Both the position numbers and the translations under genes were made by a program. Below are positions 15,637 through 17,717 of a stretch of DNA of 17,717 bases, one piece after another. This DNA comes from Armatimonadota bacterium (GTDB taxonomy: Bacteria; Armatimonadota; UBA10988), in the NCBI GenBank assembly GCA_016235455.1, contig JACRKZ010000159.1, positions 1 to 17,717 on the forward strand, read 5' to 3'. The stretch's first letter is position 1. Each line of letters begins with the position of its first letter. The notes below the pieces were generated by a model that was given only the letters and a program-made list of their open reading frames with translations, had not been told where the DNA came from and made no database searches.

Positions 15637-15681
15637 GAGGCCCCGGCTCGCGCGACAGCGCGGGCCGGGGCCTTTGGTATT
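15637..15681 (+). terminator. Intrinsic terminator-like hairpin after gap
   Basis: GAGGCCCCGGCTCGCGC-GACA-GCGCGGGCCGGGGCCTT (17-bp stem including G-U pairs), followed by an interrupted T-rich tail. Confidence 0.8.
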
Positions 15682-15763
15682 GGGCCAATGGGGGGCAGGC
15701 AACTGGTGTGTGCCACCATCTGACGCGGTGGTGGTATTGCCCGCCAACCGCTCGACGCCGCCA

Positions 15764-15792
15764 TTGACGCCCCACCCAGCCTCGTGTAGAGT
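15764..15792 (+). promoter_or_regulatory. Sigma70-type promoter of the Tat-AKR/cytochrome unit
   Basis: TTGACG (15764-15769), 17-nt spacer, TAGAGT (15787-15792); GGGGAG SD before ATG at 15829. Confidence 0.7.
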
Positions 15793-15828
15793 TCGCGAGA
15801 TGGGCAGGCTGCCCCTGGGGAGAGCGTC

Positions 15829-16794
15829 ATGGTGTCTGAGCATGGTGGACAGAACGCGCCGTTGGCCGACGGGCCCAACCGGCGGGACTTCCTGCAGCTG
15901 GCGGCCGCCGGCGTGTCGCTGTCGGCGCTGACCGCCGCCGTGGCCGCACCCGACGCGCCCACCGCCGCTGGCGCGGCGCTGCCGACGGTCACCATCGCCG
16001 GGCACACCATTCCGCGCCTCATCGTCGGCTGCAACCAGATCGGCGGCTGGAGCCACATGTGCCGGAACATGACGCTGGCCATGACCGACTACTTCACTTC
16101 CGAGCGCGTCGTCAGCTACCTGCAGTCGTGCGAGAAGGCCGGGCTCAATGTCTGGCTCACCTACTGGGACAAGAAGCCGCTCGACGCGCTCAAGACTCTC
16201 TGGGCCCAAGGCTCCAAGATCCGCCCGTACTTCCTGGGCACGCTCGACGCCGACGGTAACGTGGCCAAGGACCTGCTCGAGTATAAGCCGCTGTGGTATG
16301 TGCATCACGGCAACGTGACCGACACACTGTTCCGCGCCGGCCAGCAGGAGAAGGTGCACGACTTCATCAAGAAGGTCCACGACCAGCTCGGCATTCCGGC
16401 CGGCATCTCGGCGCACAATCCCGACTGCATCAAGTACGCCGAGGACCATGGCTGGGAAGCCGACCTCTACCAGTGCTGCCTGTACTACGTCACGCGTCCG
16501 CACGACGAAGTGCGCGCCAAGCTCGGCGCCGCGCCGCTGGGTGAGTGCTTCTTTGATTCCGACCGCGACCACATGCTGGATGTCATCCGCCAGGTCAAGA
16601 AGCCCTGCCTGGCCTTCAAGATTCTCGCCGCCGGCCGGCTGTGCGACTCCGATGACTCGGTGGAAGAGGCGTTCCAGTACGCCTACTCGCGCATCAAACC
16701 AAGCGATGCCGTTATCGTCGGCATGTGGCCCAAGTACAAGGACGAGTTGGCCCAGAATGTCGAGTTGACGCGCACCTACGGCAAGGTCGGCTGA
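15829..16794 (+). CDS. Tat-exported aldo/keto-reductase-fold protein (321 aa)
   Basis: Twin-arginine signal NRRDFLQLAAAG...AVAA; LPTVTIAGHTIPRLIVGCN, GIPAGISAHNP, CLAFKILAAGRL, AVIVGM...ELAQNV follow the AKR TIM-barrel pattern. Confidence 0.8.
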   Translation: MVSEHGGQNAPLADGPNRRDFLQLAAAGVSLSALTAAVAAPDAPTAAGAALPTVTIAGHTIPRLIVGCNQIGGWSHMCRNMTLAMTDYFTSERVVSYLQSCEKAGLNVWLTYWDKKPLDALKTLWAQGSKIRPYFLGTLDADGNVAKDLLEYKPLWYVHHGNVTDTLFRAGQQEKVHDFIKKVHDQLGIPAGISAHNPDCIKYAEDHGWEADLYQCCLYYVTRPHDEVRAKLGAAPLGECFFDSDRDHMLDVIRQVKKPCLAFKILAAGRLCDSDDSVEEAFQYAYSRIKPSDAVIVGMWPKYKDELAQNVELTRTYGKVG

Positions 16795-16795
16795 C

Positions 16796-17479
16796 ATGAG
16801 GCGCGTCGTCTTCGCGCTGCTCCTGGCGCTGCTGGCCGTCGCCCATCGGCCGTCCGGAGTCTCCGCCGCCGAAGGCCTGAGGCTGCTCTATCCGCCCAAC
16901 CACAGCGCGCTGGCGGGGCCGGTGCGGCTCATGGTGGCTTCCGCCAAGGACGATCCCTCGCCGTCGGCCACGCTCGACGGGCAGGCGTTGGTGTTGACGC
17001 GGCTGGCCTTCGCTGATACCTGGCGGCTGCCGGGCAAGCTCAAGGTCACGGCCAAGCTGGTCGGCGACCGCGCCTCCGCCGCGCTGTGGGTGGCCACGCT
17101 CGACCTCAAGCCGGGATCCCACGCCGTGGTGGTCGGCGGGCAACGGCTGGACCTGTGGCGCGATGGCGATGCCGCGCGCCCGGCTGAATCCGCGCGCTAC
17201 TACGGCCACCCCGTGGTGGGCGAGGACCCGCCGCGGCTCGACTGCGCCGGCTGCCACGACCAGCCCGACGGCGCGCTGGCCTCGGCGCCGACGCCCAAGG
17301 CCTGCGCCGGCTGCCACGACGAGGACAGCGTGCAGCTCATCCACCGCCATGTCTCCACGCCGCTGGCGCGCTGCGCGACATGCCACGACCCGCACGGCAC
17401 GACGCGGCCCAAGATGCTGGTGGATACCAAGCAGGCGCTGTGCAGCCGGTGCCACGAGGCGGGCCACTCCAAGCCGTAG
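16796..17479 (+). CDS. Periplasmic tetraheme cytochrome c (cytochrome c3 / doubled-CXXCH type) with an N-terminal non-heme beta-rich domain
   Basis: Sec signal MRRVVFALLLALLAVA; four CxxCH motifs (CAGCH twice, CATCH, CSRCH); CATCHDPHG...LCSRCH is the paired-CXXCH pattern. Confidence 0.9.
   Translation: MRRVVFALLLALLAVAHRPSGVSAAEGLRLLYPPNHSALAGPVRLMVASAKDDPSPSATLDGQALVLTRLAFADTWRLPGKLKVTAKLVGDRASAALWVATLDLKPGSHAVVVGGQRLDLWRDGDAARPAESARYYGHPVVGEDPPRLDCAGCHDQPDGALASAPTPKACAGCHDEDSVQLIHRHVSTPLARCATCHDPHGTTRPKMLVDTKQALCSRCHEAGHSKP
17242..17320 (+). repeat. Exact 19-nt direct repeat inside the cytochrome gene
   Basis: CTGCGCCGGCTGCCACGAC at 17242-17260 and 17302-17320. Confidence 0.85.
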
Positions 17480-17518
17480 GCGGCCGTCGACATGGCTTCG
17501 GCGTTCCTGCGCGCGGTG

Positions 17519-17717
17519 TAGTGGTTTGTAATGAACTTCAGAGTCTCAGGGTCTTGATGCACCCCCCCCGTTTGTCCTAGTGCACTGATCGGTACAAACC
17601 GGAAACTCGATGGAAGAGGCGCGCCCAGGTCGGCCAATTCGCGTTCTGCCAAGGACACGAACCATGCCCACCCAGACGCGCCTCCAGCTTGTTCTCCAAC
17701 CTGAGCAGATCGCCTTC
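17519..17717 (+). mobile_element. Possible left end of an insertion sequence (IS630-like TA-GTGG terminus), truncated by the window edge
   Basis: GC falls to 46/90 over 17521-17610; the segment starts TAGTGGTTTGTAATGAAC and is followed by an ORF with atypical codons. The second end and transposase core are not visible. Confidence 0.3.
17664..17717 (+). CDS. 5' fragment of an unidentified gene (possibly a transposase)
   Basis: AAGGA SD at 17651-17655, ATG at 17664, MPTQTRLQLVLQPEQIAF open to the window end. Confidence 0.45.
   Translation, partial: MPTQTRLQLVLQPEQIAF

Noticed and set aside
17664-17717. TnpB/Cas12-like N-terminus
   Set aside because: Only 18 aa are visible and the resemblance to the KxRLYPTxEQ pattern is loose; it cannot be supported.
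1-17717. CRISPR array, tRNA/rRNA, defence, retron or reverse-transcriptase systems
   Set aside because: No regularly spaced repeats, cloverleafs, or Cas, RT, nuclease or toxin motifs were found by eye.

Overview
High-GC (roughly 70% by eye) bacterial window. The many secreted NPCBM/DUF6259-type proteins and URO-D-like genes hint at Armatimonadota or a similar polysaccharide degrader, but that is inference only. Left to right: a truncated secreted beta-strand-repeat protein (-, missing from the ORF track); a secreted DUF6259-like putative glycosidase with two NPCBM-like modules (+); a two-gene unit of a lone mreB paralogue and a P-loop kinase-like gene (-); a probable six-gene operon (URO-D/MtaA-like protein, galM, GH141-like beta-helix+Fn3+NPCBM protein, GH151/GHL6-like fucosidase, small Zn-ribbon protein, secreted QW-repeat/beta-propeller fusion); a monocistronic gap with a clear promoter and terminator; a Tat-exported aldo-keto-reductase-fold protein coupled to a tetraheme cytochrome c; and a lower-GC, possibly IS-derived segment at the right edge. 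Best leads: (1) a textbook Gram-positive-type LexA (SOS) box upstream of the orphan mreB-kinase pair, (2) the URO-D-like gene heading a fucosidase/mutarotase operon (possible methyl-sugar pathway), (3) the Tat-AKR plus tetraheme cytochrome redox pair. Family calls are from motif recognition, not database searches. No rRNA, tRNA or CRISPR array was seen.
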